Shown here: in pieces, positions 43,030 to 56,234 of the stretch
Position numbering within the stretch: position 1 is the stretch's first letter
Layout of the letters: every line of letters starts with the position of its first letter
Origin: Camelus dromedarius
Taxonomy: Eukaryota
Assembly: GCF_036321535.1 (NCBI RefSeq)
Contig: NC_087436.1
Span: 6,262,001-6,326,000, forward strand
Length of the DNA: 64,000 nt
Reading direction: 5' to 3'
Program-made: the position numbers and the translations under genes
Notes under the pieces: generated by a model
What the model was told of the DNA's origin: nothing
Database searches by the model: none
The model's input: only the letters and a program-made list of their open reading frames with translations

Positions 43030-43477
43030 GATTGATGTGTTTCTTTGTTTTGGTTTTGGTTTTGGTTGTTGGCTTGTTTTGTTTTGAGGATTGCGTGCAG
43101 GTGACGAGGCACAGGGGCAGAAGCAGCTTTGCTGGAAGGTTGAACATGAGCAGAACCCCTTCAGGACCCAGAGGGCACACAGTGAGGAGAGAGTCCTCCG
43201 AGCTTCTTCTGGACCCCACCGGGCTCCGCGCCTCAGAGAGCTGCAGCCACGGAAACTCGGGGCTAGTGCCGCTATCGGTCACAGCGACAGGAGGCCTTCT
43301 TCAGACAACCTGAATGGTGGCAGTGTTAGCCTGGGGACACTGGGGCAAGGAAAGAAGACTGTGACGATGTCCCATGGGGACCGTGAGCACCCGGAGAACT
43401 CCCTTCAGAGACTGGCAAACATAATTGCAGGACACTCGGATGCTGAGGTCTTGTAAACACACGGCAGGAGGCATTGT

Positions 43478-44192
43478 GATAAATGCAGGAGAGGGTGTGG
43501 AGAAAAGGACCCCCCAGCATTGTTGGTGGGAGTGTAGATTGGTACAGCCACTGTGGAAAATGGTATGGAGACTCCATAAAAACTAAAAACAGATTTACCC
43601 TATAAGCCAGCCATCCCATTCCTGGGCATATATAAAGAGGGAACTTTAATTCAAAAAGACACACCCCAATGTTACAGTAGCTCTATTCACAATACCCAAG
43701 ACGTGGACGTAATCTAAATATCCAGATGACTGGATAAAGAAGTTGTGGTATATTTATACCATGGAACACAACTCGGCCATAAGAAAGAATAAAATAATGC
43801 CATTTGCAGCAACACGGATGGAGCTGGAGATCATCATTCTAAGTGAAGTAAGTCAAACAGAGAAGGACAAATATCATATGATATCACTTATATGTAGAAT
43901 CTAAAAAAAATAGTACAAAGGAATTTATGTACCAAACAGAAACAGACTCACAGACCTAGAAAACAAACTTGCGGTTACCAAAAGGGAAAGGGGGCAGATA
44001 AATTAGGAGTTTGGGATTAATAGATACACACTACTATATATAAAAAAACAAGGTCCTAATGTACAGCACGGGGATCTATATTCAATACTTTATAACAACA
44101 CGTAATGAAAAAGGTCATATGCACGTATAACTGAACCTCTGTCCTGCACACCAGAAACTAACACAACACTGTAAATCAACTCTACATCAATG
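43478..44192 (+). mobile_element. 5'-truncated LINE-1 3' end
   Basis: Degenerate ORF2 C-terminal homology, followed by the same 3'UTR type as the other L1 ends in the window. Confidence 0.85.
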
Positions 44193-44985
44193 ATAAATGA
44201 GTAATAAAAGAGGTCTAACAATATACACAGACTGCTGAGGATTTTTCAGCCTCCTTATGTTACAAATTAAAAATATGAGGTACAAACTCTTTAAGTGTCT
44301 GGACCAAGATTAGCCAGGAAGGGACAGGGACTTATGCATCCATTTTTTGAGCTGTAGTAGCTTATAATGATATAGAATGAAAAAGTAAAAATTGGCTTGA
44401 CTGAGAAATTAACTGCCTGCCTCACCATTCATCAATCCCGAATCACAGCTGTCAGGAAATCCAGGTGTGAATTTATCAGAAAATTTATCAGAAAACAGTA
44501 GATAGCAGTGCTGCCATAAAATGTCGTGACAGCCCAATTCTTGGAGTGACCACTGATTTCCTACTGAGAAATCTTATTGTCTGAAATCACGGACTCTCAG
44601 AAACACCTGTGTCTGAAACTATTTCAGGAGAACAAAATCCCCGGGCCTGGTCTGGAGGAGTTTAGTCACTGTGAAACAGCGAAGCAGCCCTGCCGTACAT
44701 CCACATGCAGAGCTCCAGGGAGCGGGTCCTGGACACGTACTGTGGCATCTGTCTTAACTTTGCTTCCAAGAAAACAGAACCGTGGGTTCACATCACAGAC
44801 CAGCACTGATGGTGACCCCTTCACACGCCGCCCTACTTGGCTTGGATCCCAGCCAAACACACCTGAACTCTACTCTTGCAAAAATCCCCAATTCACTCTC
44901 TTTCCCTTTCTTTGGCGAAACTCCCCATGGTTCTTTGACGCGCGGCCCCCGACGTGGCAGTGAGTCGGCAAGCCCACCTCGGCTG

Positions 44986-45454
44986 TGTAACAGGAAGGAC
45001 GAATCTGACCCCACACTGGATCTGTTCCTGTTATGTTAACCTTTGTACTCTATCGCTTGTTAGTCACTAAACATGATGTCACCTATAAGTTAAATTACAC
45101 ATAATGGCCCATCTCTGGGAACCCTGCCTCCCAGATAAGAGCGTTTAGCTAAAATACCTTTGTTTAGCTCACAGGAACCATCCTGACCAGGCTCACCTGG
45201 GAATGGCTGCAGGAAGGAAGAAGTTAGCACCTCCCCTCGAGAGTCTGGCCAGAACCAGGACTTCATCCCTCCCCTTTTAGTATAAAAGGAGCCTGAATTC
45301 TGACTTGAGGAAGATGGTTCTCTAGGACATTAGTCCCCCATCCTCTCCGTCTGCCGGCTTTCCGAATAAAGTCACCATTCCTTGCCCCAACACCTGGTCT
45401 CCCAATTTATTGGCCTGTTGTGCGGTGAGCAGAATGAGTTTGGACTCGGCAGCA
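44986..45454 (+). mobile_element. ERV1-class solo LTR nested in an older LTR-like element (about 44577-45490)
   Basis: TG...CA ends, perfect 4-bp TSD GCTG (44982-44985, 45455-45458), TATAAAA near 45281 and AATAAA near 45365. Confidence 0.85.
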
Positions 45455-45901
45455 GCTGCTCTACAGGCTAATAGCTGGTGGTCTAGGCTGGCTAGACTAG
45501 GAAAAGACCATATCTTATATCTTAAATGTCTCCTTTAAGCATACTTAATTGTATTTTATCCCATTCCATAAGAAAAAGTAACAAAGTAACCTAACTGCAA
45601 ACCCAAGGACATTTATAGCTTAAAAATTCCCATTCTATAAATGTAGAAATTTCTTAACCAAAGAAGAAGAAAATCACCGTCTTTAAAATAAAATCAAAAA
45701 AAAAAAATTGGTGTTCTCCCTCTTTACCAAAACCCAGCCTGTGCCTCTTATAATACAACAGCGATCAAAAAAGGATTGTTTCTCCTTAGTAATGTGACCC
45801 AGCAAGGCTTTGTGACAGTGACTGCTGTATTGCTTGAGAGACACTGAAAAGCTTGGAATACTGATCAGTTTCCAAAACCTCCTCCCCAGTTCTCATTCTT
45901 C

Positions 45902-46241
45902 CTTTTTTTTTTTTTTTTTTTTTGAAGTATAGTCAGTTTATAATGTGTCAGCTTCTGGCATACAGCATAATGTTTCAGTCATACATATACATACATATAT
46001 TTCCATATTCTTTTTGATTCTAGGTTACTACAAGATATTGAACATAGTTCCCTGTGCTGTACAGAAGAAACTTGTTGTTTATCTCCTGCATATATGGTAG
46101 TTAGTATCTGCTAGTCTTGAACTCCCAATTTAGCCCTTCCCAGCCCCTTCACCCATGGATGGACCTGGAGATCGTCACTCTTAAGTGAAGTAAGCCAGAA
46201 AGAGAAAGACAAATGCAGTGTGATATCACTTATATGTGGAA
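45902..46241. mobile_element. Short 5'-inverted LINE-1 (3'UTR on minus with poly(T) at 45902-45923; ORF2-end fragment on plus about 46153-46241)
   Basis: Two L1 pieces in opposite orientation, flanked by a 17-bp TSD with 3 mismatches (cccagttctcattcttc 45885-45901 / cccagccctccttcttc 46242-46258). Confidence 0.75.
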
Positions 46242-46529
46242 CCCAGCCCTCCTTCTTCATCTGTGACCTGGTTTTCTGTCTCATGGAGCAGCAGGAGAAA
46301 ATCAGAAGGGAACATGAACAGCGCCCTATCTCCCATCCCCCTGCAGCTGCACCCGCGTGCACTGTCCGTGACCTCTCTGTGCAGCCAACAAGGCCACCTC
46401 TTCTGCTTTGCACCTGCTTGGCTCATGCAAGGACCCTCTCCTAGGAATTCTCTCCTTTCTTGTCCCTGGCAGTCCGCCTCCAAGGCAGCCCCCGGTGATC
46501 CTCAGTGCCTAGTATCCATGCTGTGACAC

Positions 46530-46955
46530 GGTCCCTTCTGGAACTGGGCAACCAAGAGAATTCTGCAGAAGCCGTGGTGTGTGACTTCAGAGGCCAGGTC
46601 ATAAAAGACAATGGAGCCTCCACCTCTTGGGTTTCTCACTCTGGGGGAGTCACACGGGGTCATGAGAACACTCACACAGTCCTAGGATGGGGCCCATGAA
46701 GAGAAACTCAAGTCTCCCGCCAGCAGCCGGGGCCAAGGTGCTCTTTCCGTGAGTAAGCCCCCAGGCCCTTGCACACCTTCAGATGCCTGGAACCACAGCC
46801 AGTGTCTCGCTGCAGCTTTGGGAGAGACTCTGAGGGAGAGCCCCACCCTAGATGCTTCGGAATTCTCAGCCCACAGAAACTGAGAGAATGAGTGCCTAGC
46901 GCTCCCTAAGCCACTGTAATTGGGGATCATTTGTTATGCAGCTGTAGATAAGCGG
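46530..46955 (+). mobile_element. Old MLT1-type LTR
   Basis: Motifs gtgacttcagaggccaggtcataaaagac, ccacagaaactgagaga and taagccac...tttgttatgcagc. Confidence 0.6.
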
Positions 46956-48384
46956 TAGATCTTCTGTGATCACAGGACTTTTGCTGCTCCCCACTTTCCT
47001 CTGAGGAAAAGCCAGAGCCCCCTGGAGGCCTCCCAAAGCCTCTCCCACTCTGTCCACTCCCTACCTCCTCTCCGACTTCATCTTCTGTCTTTCCCCTTCT
47101 CAGCGCCCTGTTCCGCCCACGAAGGCCTCCCTGCCCTCCTGAGGATGAGCCTCAGGGCCTCTGTCCTCACCATACTCACCCCTCCCCTCAGCTTTCAGGC
47201 CTTCTCTCCATGTCTCCCTCTCCAGGAAGCCTTCCCTGATGACCCTTCCAAACAGCCGGCTCCCCCACCACCACACGCACACCCGTCCGCATGCTCCTTC
47301 CTTACTTTTCTTCCTTACTGACAGTGCTGTTTACTATACCATTATATTGTGTGTGGTCTCTGCCCTTGGCAGTTGAGAGCTGAGTCGGTGCAGGGATGGC
47401 TGACTGTCCCCAACGTCTAGAACACTGTCCAGTTTATCGTCAGATGAATGCATGACTGTTAAGGACGCAAGGATACCCAACTCATAGTACCTTTAAAGAT
47501 GCCTCAAACGTAGGCCTTTGGGACCTGCACCCACTTTTATAAAGCTGTCTCTGAAATTGACTGCTGGTACGTAAAGTGACTATACGTGTCCTTAGAATCC
47601 ACATCTTTGCTTTGTTTCATCTTGATTTTCCTCTCTTCTTTATAAGTTCTCTATTTTTTATCCTTTATTCCCATTATTTCACTGTGTTCTCATTCTACAC
47701 TGCCTTAAAGACTTCAGGAACTTAACATAAATAAATAAAAAGAAAGAAGTGAATAGGGTTATTATTTTCCTAAACTCAGAATGGGTGCTTAAAACGATCA
47801 TTGGTTCAGTGTATCAGAGACTTGCAAATTTCTTAGGAAGAAAGATTTAATTTCTCATGAACCCTATTCTAAAAAGTCAACACAAGGCAATAGTTTTATT
47901 ATTCACTGAGGGAAACTTTATTGTGAAATATGTTACATGAAAAACTAGCTTTGGATCAGGACAGGCACATTTATTTTTAACATTCTGTTCTATCATTTGT
48001 CAGTGTCATAGCATATTTTTTCTAATGTCAGGTTATTCTGGAAAATTTTTGTTTGCTTTCATATGATAAACTCTTCTTGAAAGTATTTGTGTTAAGTTGA
48101 CATCTTCTTTTCCAAAGAACACAGGGAGAGGTCTCTTATTTTTATTTAGTTTGTTTTAAACACTACAGTGAATGATGACACTAGCTAATGAATCAATAGG
48201 GTTTTGTTTTTTTTTTTTTTTGCCTGCACACAGTTCATAATTTCTCATTATACATGGAATCCTTAAAGTAGGGAGTAGAACACATGGATAGAAGAAAATA
48301 TTGTTATGATGTCACTTCTCCTGAACTTCATCTATAGTTTGAGCGCAATCCTAATAAAAATCTTAGAAACTTATTTTGTGAATA

Positions 48385-51300
48385 TTGATCTTTTCAAATA
48401 AACAGCTGTTTCCTTTACTTTCTCTATTATTTTCCTGTTTTCAATTTCATTGATTTCTACTTTAACCTTTTTTTCCTTCTGCTTACTGTGGATTTAATGT
48501 GCTCTTCGGTTTCCAGTGTTCTAATATGGACACTTAGATTACTGATTTTAGATATCTCTTTTCTAATAAATGTATTATATGCTATATATTTCCCTCCATG
48601 CACTGCTTTTGCTGCATCCCATATGTTTGATAAGCAGTATTTTGATTTTCATTTAGTTTGACATAAATCTCATTTTGAGAATCTTTCTTTGATTCATGAG
48701 TTATTTAGAGGTGTGCTGTGCAATTTCCAGTATTTGGGGATTTTTTTTTTCCAGCTATCTTTCTATTATTGATTTCTAGTGTAATTTCTAGTGGTCTGCG
48801 AGCATGCTTTGTATGATATCTATTCTCTTAAATGTGTGAAGATGCTTTGCACAGCCTAGAACGTAGCCTCTCCTGGTTAATGGTCTACGTGATCTTGGAG
48901 AGCTGCGATGGGACGCAGTGCTCTGTATGTCGTCCCGTGTGGTTGGACGAAATACACAGCTGTCAGTTAGATCCAGATAATGATGATGCTGATCAGTTCG
49001 ACTATATCCTCACTGAGTTTACACCTGCTGGATCTGCCAATTACAAACTGAGGGGGTGCTGAAGACTCCGGCTATAAAAGCGCATTTGCATCTCTTTCTC
49101 CTTACAGGGTTATCTGGCTCTTTCCCGTGCACTTCGCCACTCTGCTGTGAGGTGCAGACACAGGGTTACCATGTCTTCCTGGTGAGTTGGCCCCTGTATC
49201 ATTACAGATCCCTGAACATTAATTTCCTCGTTCTGAAGTCCGCTTTGTCTGAAATGAAAATGGCTATCCTGGCTTTCTTCTGGTCAGTGTTAGCACAGTA
49301 TATCTTTCTCCAATCCTTTTTAATCTGTGTCTTTATAATTAAAGTGGGTTTCTTATGAACAGCGTGTAATCGGGTCTTATATTTTATTCACTCTGTCAGT
49401 CTTTCTCTTTTAATTGGTGTACTTAGACAATTTGCATTAAAGAGATTATTGACAGAGGTGGGTTAATATCTACCATATACTTTTCTCCTATTTGTTGCCC
49501 TTCTTCTGTGTTTTCTTTTTGGTCTTCCTTCCTTCCTCTGCTTTCTCTGGTTTTAATTGAGCATTTATGTGATTTCATTTTCTCTCCTCTCTTACCAGAT
49601 TAATTATACTTTTAAAGAAATGTTTTAAGAGTCACCCTAGAATTCGCAGGACACATTTATAGTTAATCTAAATCCACTTTCAAATAACACCACACCTCTT
49701 CTCGGGTCGTGCAGGCTCTTTATAATGAACTGTTCCCAATTCCTCCCTCCCGCCCCTTACGGCATGGCTGCCACTCACTTCACTCACCCATAAACTATCA
49801 TCTCCCAATATGTTATCGGTATTATTATTCTGAAGTTCTCTATTAGATCAATTAGGAATAAAAATAAAAGTTCTTATTTTTACTTTCATTTACGCCTTTT
49901 CTCATGTTCTTCCTTTCTTCACATAGATCCAAATGTCTGACTATATCATTTTTCTTCTCTATGAAGAACTTCTTTTCACGTTTCTTCCAAGGCAGGTCTA
50001 TTGGTGAAAACTTCCCTCGGCTTTTGTTGCCTGAGAAAGTCTATTTCCTCTTCACTTTCAAAGGATACTTACACCGGATCCAGAATTCTGCGCTGGTGGG
50101 CTTTCCTTTCAACACTCTAAATATTTCATTCCATTCTTCCTTGCGTGGTTGCTGAAGCAAAGGCTGATGTAATCTTATTCTTGTTCCACTATGGGTAAGG
50201 TACATTTTTCCCTCCAGCTTTTTTCAACATTTTTTCTTTGTCTGATTTTCTGCAATTTGACTATGATACACCTACATGTAGATATTTTTGTATTTATCCT
50301 GTTTGTGTTTTCTGAGCTTCCTGAGCCTCTGGTTTGGTGTCAGTCATCCATTCTGGAAAATTCTCAGCCATTATTAACTTCAAATATTTCTTCTCCTTTC
50401 TCTCTTTTCTTTCTGGGATTCTCATTCCTTATATTTTACTATTTTTTTGCAATTTTTTCAGAGTTTTTGAATATTGTTCTGTTTTTAAAAAATTCTGTTT
50501 TCTCTTTACATTTAAACATAGGATGTTTCTATCAATATATCTGCCAGCTCACCGATTATTTCTCAGCTGTGAAAAGCATTCTTCATTTCTGTTGCAATGT
50601 TTTTGTTTTCTAGCATTTCCTTTTAATTCTTAGGGTTTTCGTCTCTCTGCTTAAATTACCCATCTGTTCTTGCATGCTGTAAACTTTCTCCAATACAGCT
50701 CTCAGTATATTAATTTAAATTCCCTGCCTGATAATTCCAAAACCTGCACCATATCGGAGTCTTGGTTCTGATACTGGCTTTATCTCTTCAGACTGTGCTT
50801 TACCTCGCCATGATGTATCCAATAATACGAGCTAAGGTGAACAGGTCTTTAGTGTGAGGTTTTGTGTTAATATGGCCAGGAGTTGGGCTGTGTTTAATGT
50901 TTGCTGTGTCAGAGGTTTTACTGTTCCCTAATGTCCTTTGTTTTGTCTTTGGGTTTTCTAAGAAACTCCTTTTTGAACAGTGTCCATGTCTTGCAATTCT
51001 CTTAGTTGCAACCCACTGCTGTTTACTGGAGCACTTTTAATATGGCCATAAGGTGCTGGGAAGGGAAGGGAGAGGCATGCCCTAACTTTATGATTAAACG
51101 TCCATTTTTTGCAAGCCTGGGCTATCAGAATAGCTTTTCAGCTTCTTTCTCGTTGTGTAGACAAGAGTGACCACTTCTGACATCTTCAAATATCAGAGTA
51201 AGAAGCAGAAGTCCTTTCTCCCCTCCTGTGACGCAGGCTAGAAGGGGTCCAGGTTGTGTAGCTGCTCGCCCTCTAGGTCAGACAGAGCGCTGATACAGAA

Positions 51301-52070
51301 GTTTCTCCTGAGGGCCGGCCTTTGTCTCCAGAACAGAAAGTTCTGGGTGTATTTCGGAAGGAGTGCTTCCTCCCTCCACGTGCCAGCTGTGAGAGGGAAG
51401 TTTCCTCTGATCTTCACGTGGGAAGAACCTGGTGGGGCTTCTGCAGATAAAGCTCATTAAAGAGGGTTGTTTGTTTGTTTGTTTGTTTTTGTTTTTGTTT
51501 TTCATGGAGAAAAGACAGTATAAAGGGGACTCATTTATTGTGACTGTTTCAAATGTACAAAAAAATTGGAAAATAACCCCCTACTCTATTCCCCCCGCCC
51601 GCACAGCAATCCCCCAACACAAATATGTTTTCCCCCAAACCACAAACATCAACTGGTTCTGGTATTTTCATAAACAGTGCAGCTAAGTTCAGAGAAAGTT
51701 TACGAGGGTTCAGATTATATCCAGTATATACCATTAAAGTGTGGGTGCCCCAAGATCGGGCCCTGCTCCCCCACGTTTGCACCTCTCAGCTTGGCCACCC
51801 TCAATCTCCGGTGACTCACCAGGGACTGTGTGAGTGGCCCCCACCCGTCACTGGCTCCAGCGGCTTCCGCGGCTAAGTAGCTGTGATCGTCTGTGTTTAC
51901 TTATTTCTGCAGTTTTCAGGGAGATGATCTGTCCTGTGACCTCAGTTTCTCCGGTAGATGTAAGAAGAATTGTTGATTTTCAGTTGGTTCAGCTTTTTTC
52001 CCTGTTGTGATGACAGTAATGACAACTTCTAAGCTCTTCAAACATCAAAGCGGCAACCGGAAGTCCTAAT
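48385..52070 (-). mobile_element. Ancient L1M (L1MC/MD-like) fragment containing the retrocopy
   Basis: Long T-rich antisense L1 ORF2/ORF1-like sequence, ending in an L1M 5'-end-like aaccggaagtc near 52060. Confidence 0.65.
51467..51731 (-). pseudogene. 5'-truncated processed retrocopy of an mRNA 3' end, resembling the PDIA3 3'UTR
   Basis: On the minus strand: AATAAA at 51539-51534, then a decayed poly(A) [(AAAC)n, 51502-51467]. Imperfect TSD cattaaagaggg (51455-51466) / cattaaagtgtg (51732-51743). The body resembles the PDIA3 3'UTR from recall. Confidence 0.7.
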
Positions 52071-53839
52071 ACTGATATTTGACATCCCTTACAGCTTTGG
52101 ACCGCACAACAGGGTGAGGGACACACATCTCCCTAGCTAGACATTTCATGTCCAAGAAAACTGAGATTAGGACAGATTAATGACTTTCCCAAAGACAAAG
52201 GGCTAATGGGGGAAGTTAACTTAGATCTTCTAGAATCTGCCAGGACTCTTGCACAGACCTTCTGCTAAGGCGTTAATGCATAGGGAACAACTTGAAAGAG
52301 AAGTTTCAGTTTCTGCAGAGGATTGTCCATATTCCAGTTGGCTCTGAAGCATGATGTGAAAAGCACTGCACTGGGATGTTCCGTAACAAATGTGCTCCCA
52401 CCTGACTCAGCTTCCAATCCGCGCTTAGACGTTAGGAAATTCACAAAGGGAATGTCAGTTTCTTAATGTGACCATTGGAGCAGGAACTACCCAGATGATC
52501 ACACTCCTTGAAATCCCTTGTGATCACAAAATGAAGCAACTCTAGGTTGTTTTAGGCTCTCTATATTTTTAAGACAGAGAGTTCGTGTATGTGCGTTATC
52601 TGTGACTATGTATAGGTGGAAAGTGGAACTTGATTCTTTAAACTTTTTCTGAACTGCTAAGTTAATCCTTTCCCCTAAGTGAAAAGCCTTGTCTTCTTTA
52701 CTTCTTTGAGTGACATGCTACTTTACCCTCCCACCCGCTTACGTTACATCATAGTTCATGCATGTGACTATAGTTAAAGCAGGACTTCCTTCCAGGGCCA
52801 ACCCTGTCTGTGAACAGTCCTTGGATGTTTCTTCCTTCTTGGAACTGCACCACAATTACCAGCCTCTGAAATGTCTCAATTAAACGTCACTTCCTCAGAG
52901 AGGCCTTCCTTGAACTCTTAGACGAGAACAGAACCCAGCACTTCCTCTTTCTGAGCCTCTCTGTCCATGTCTCTGTCCCTGGCTACTCTGGAATCTACCC
53001 ACAGTTTGAGTCTGCATTGGTCACTGCCGCACTCCCAGGGCTGACAGTCTAGGTCACGCGCTGTCCGTAGAACTTTCTGCGATGATAGAAATGTTCTGTA
53101 ATCCGTACACGCGTCCAGTATGAGTGAACTACTGAATATTTTTTCCCGAATTTAAATGCAAATAGCTGTAGGCAGCTGGTGGCTACACTTTGGACAGTGG
53201 AGGGTTAGAGCAATGTTTCTCAAAATCTGAATCAAAATGTCAGGTATCTGCTTCTTGACCCACCCTCCAGGGAATTCTTCCCAGCAATAAAATGTGACAA
53301 CTCGGTCTAGAATGTGATTTTCCATCCTGGTTTCACAGTAGAATCACCTGGAGGAGGTTTTAGAAGAGATCAAGTCCAGCCACCCCGCCTGGAGAGTCTA
53401 CTTCCATGGGTCTGGGTTCCAGGTATTAGAATTTGTAAAATGAAACAAAACAGAGAACCTCCCCCGGGCAGTCTTGAGAGCCTAGATCTGTTCTCAGGTG
53501 GCTCTCAGTACGTACAGATAAATATACAGACAAATGGTCTGAGGGCGTTTATAAAGGATTCGTGATCACAGGTGAAATCTTGTGATGTCACAAGAGATGC
53601 TAGTAAACATCTGCGGTTGAGATGACTTTCTTGATATTCGGCAAAAAAAAAAAAAATCAGCTTTAGTTAGTTTTTAACAATTGTGTGAAATTCTTTGGCC
53701 TTTTGTTTTATCCGTAAACAGTACACATCATACCAAGCTCTGGGACATGTGGAGAGGGTGACAGGCTCAGAGTGCCCTCAACAGTCACCTCCTAAAACAC
53801 ACAAAAGCCTTTCTGGTTTGCTGGTTGATTGACAGAGGC

Positions 53840-54250
53840 CCGATGACCTCACACAAGTCACGTGACGGTGCGGCTGCCCAGCTGCCAGGAAGGTGGTTTC
53901 CAACCTGCGGCCTCGGGTCAGCCCTCCCCTCCCCCAGGCGTGCAGGTGGTCGTCTCCGCAGGAGGCCACGGTTGCCCGGGCCACCAGGGGAGCCGTGGGA
54001 ACGAGGCCTCCGGGTCCTGCGTGCCAGAGTCCTGCCCTCGCCTCCTGCCCGCCCGAGCACAGGTAATTGTCCCACGAGAAGTCCAGGCGAGCCGGGCTGA
54101 ACGCAGAGGGAGTGGGGCGGGTGCAGGCTCGGCGCCGGCGCGGGGGAGGCGGCTGGCGCCGAGCAGGAGCGAGTTTGAGCCGCGGCAGCGCAGTGAGTAC
54201 GGCGGCTCCGGGAAACCCAGCAGCTTTGCCGGGAGCCTCGGATGATTTTG
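53840..54250 (+). promoter_or_regulatory. TMEM144 CpG-rich promoter and first-exon region
   Basis: High GC and CpG density, GTCACGTGAC at 53857-53866, GC box GGGGCGGG at about 54114-54121, and splice donors at 54062/54063 (CAG|GTAATT) and 54192/54193 (GCA|GTGAGT). Confidence 0.75.
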
Positions 54251-56234
54251 CAAAGCATGCTCGTAATTTAGAAAATGAAATAAGATAACGTAAAAATCAA
54301 GGCTCAGAATAAGTAAAATCAAGCGCTGCTCATTTTAGCCAAGACACCAGGGGAGCTTGCCAGGAGATTTGAGGAAATTAACATGAAACTAAAACCGAAA
54401 TCTTCGTCGAAGTGGAACAAGCAATATTGATCAGAACACACCGAATACTAACAACAAAGGTCTGCAGAGAAGTTTAAATTGCTAGGGGAGATTTGGAGGA
54501 AAACTTTAAATTGTTGGGAGAGGTTTAGAGGAAAAATACTCATCAATGAAACAAAAGCACTAGAACAAAAATAAATAAATATAGTTTAATAAAGTATCAG
54601 TGGATACTTAAAATAGCCATTAGAAAACTAGTTTAATCTAAAATATACTAAATTAATTTAAAAGTTATTTTGAAGTAGTTTGAGATTTGTTGACCGGACA
54701 GGTTTGCATTAGAAAGCATTGGGACCAATGTGCTAACGTGATACTGTTTTTCTTTTCCACAAAAATGTCATTGATTGAAAAAGACTGTTCCTTAAAGGTA
54801 GTAAACTTTGCCAACCCAGGATGATATTAGGTCACATGGTTTCTGAAATGTACCAGAGGTGCATGCAATAATGTTCATTTATCTGCAAGTAAGAACTTTA
54901 AGTAACACTGGTTAATGTTCTCCCAGCAGTCAAAATGCAGCTTTTGATCTCTGATAAACACACCAGAGGGTTCTTTCAGTGAAATATGAGAGGTTTAGGG
55001 CTGCCAATATTCGTCAGTAAAGCCATCTTTTCACTAACATTGCTAATTCTCAGGGCTAGGCGTTCTCTTAGCAATGTGTTTATAAAGGTTTTGTTTCGCT
55101 TAGCTGATTTTGGTTAAAATGTTTTGTTTTAAGAAAGCACACAAAGTTTCAAACATACCTTTCTTACTCCAATTTATTGATCACTTTTGAAGTTACCCCT
55201 AGTTTTGGTTAAACCATCTTTAATAATACCAAAGACCATAAATTGTAGGTAGTTGCACATTTAAAGTTCTCTGCAAAGAACATATAAGGAACAGTATGTG
55301 AAAAAATGAAACACCTTTAAAGTAAATATTTATCATTGTAAGATAGAGTAATAAGGAAAAGTGATTTCAGATATACTTTATTCAATACTTAACCATAAGA
55401 AATTATCACTGTCATATTCAGTTCGGGGGGAAAAAAGACTGCATTATTTTCAATTCCATTCCAGAGGACCTATATCAAAAAGTGAATGAACCAAAAGGTC
55501 AATGTGCAAAATATGATTTCAGAATGGTATCAGGGTGTGGCTCTGGTTACCTCCTGTGATAAAAATGACTCGTGGTGTTGCTTTTTCCTGTGTACCTTGT
55601 GCAGCTAAGAAGGTGGATTATGTGCAAAAAAGCCTTTTCTGAATTATCTTATGAAAAATGTCTGATTCTTGGCTGTTTGGGTTTTGGTCCTTTTCTTTGT
55701 GGAAAACTGGAACTTCTGAATAAACTTAGCAGCGTTGTCCAGTAGAACGTTCTGTAATGATAGAAATCTGTATATAATCTGCACTGTCCAATATGGTAGC
55801 TGCTGGCTCTATGTGACCATCAAGCACTTGAAATGTAGTTAGATAACTAAACTTTAGTTAATTTCAGTGAGAATTTCGTTACCCAGATGTGGCCAGTGGC
55901 TACCAGATTGCACAGACAGCTGATCAGCTGCTTTCCTTTGTCCTGCTGACTGGCTGGTAGAATTGTGAAAGAGACACTGCTGACCTTGTACTTTCTGGGA
56001 GTCCTGAAGATGTTTTCCAAGAGCTTTAATTTTGAAGGGATTTAAGAGATTCTAAGGTTTTTGTTTTTCATTTTTCATGACATTTATTGTTTTCTTTCTC
56101 AATTTACAAGGGCTACTTGTTCATTGCAGACTACTAGAAATACATAAAAGCATGAAGTAAAAAATTACCATCACCTTCCTCACCCTTCAGAGATCGCTGT
56201 CTTCAGTATTTTGACACATTTCCTCCCAGAGTGG

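Noticed and set aside
53778..54322. Overlapping ORFs in the TMEM144 promoter region
   Set aside because: Stop codons are scarce in GC-rich DNA, and the ORFs are Pro/Arg/Gly-rich with no recognisable homology.
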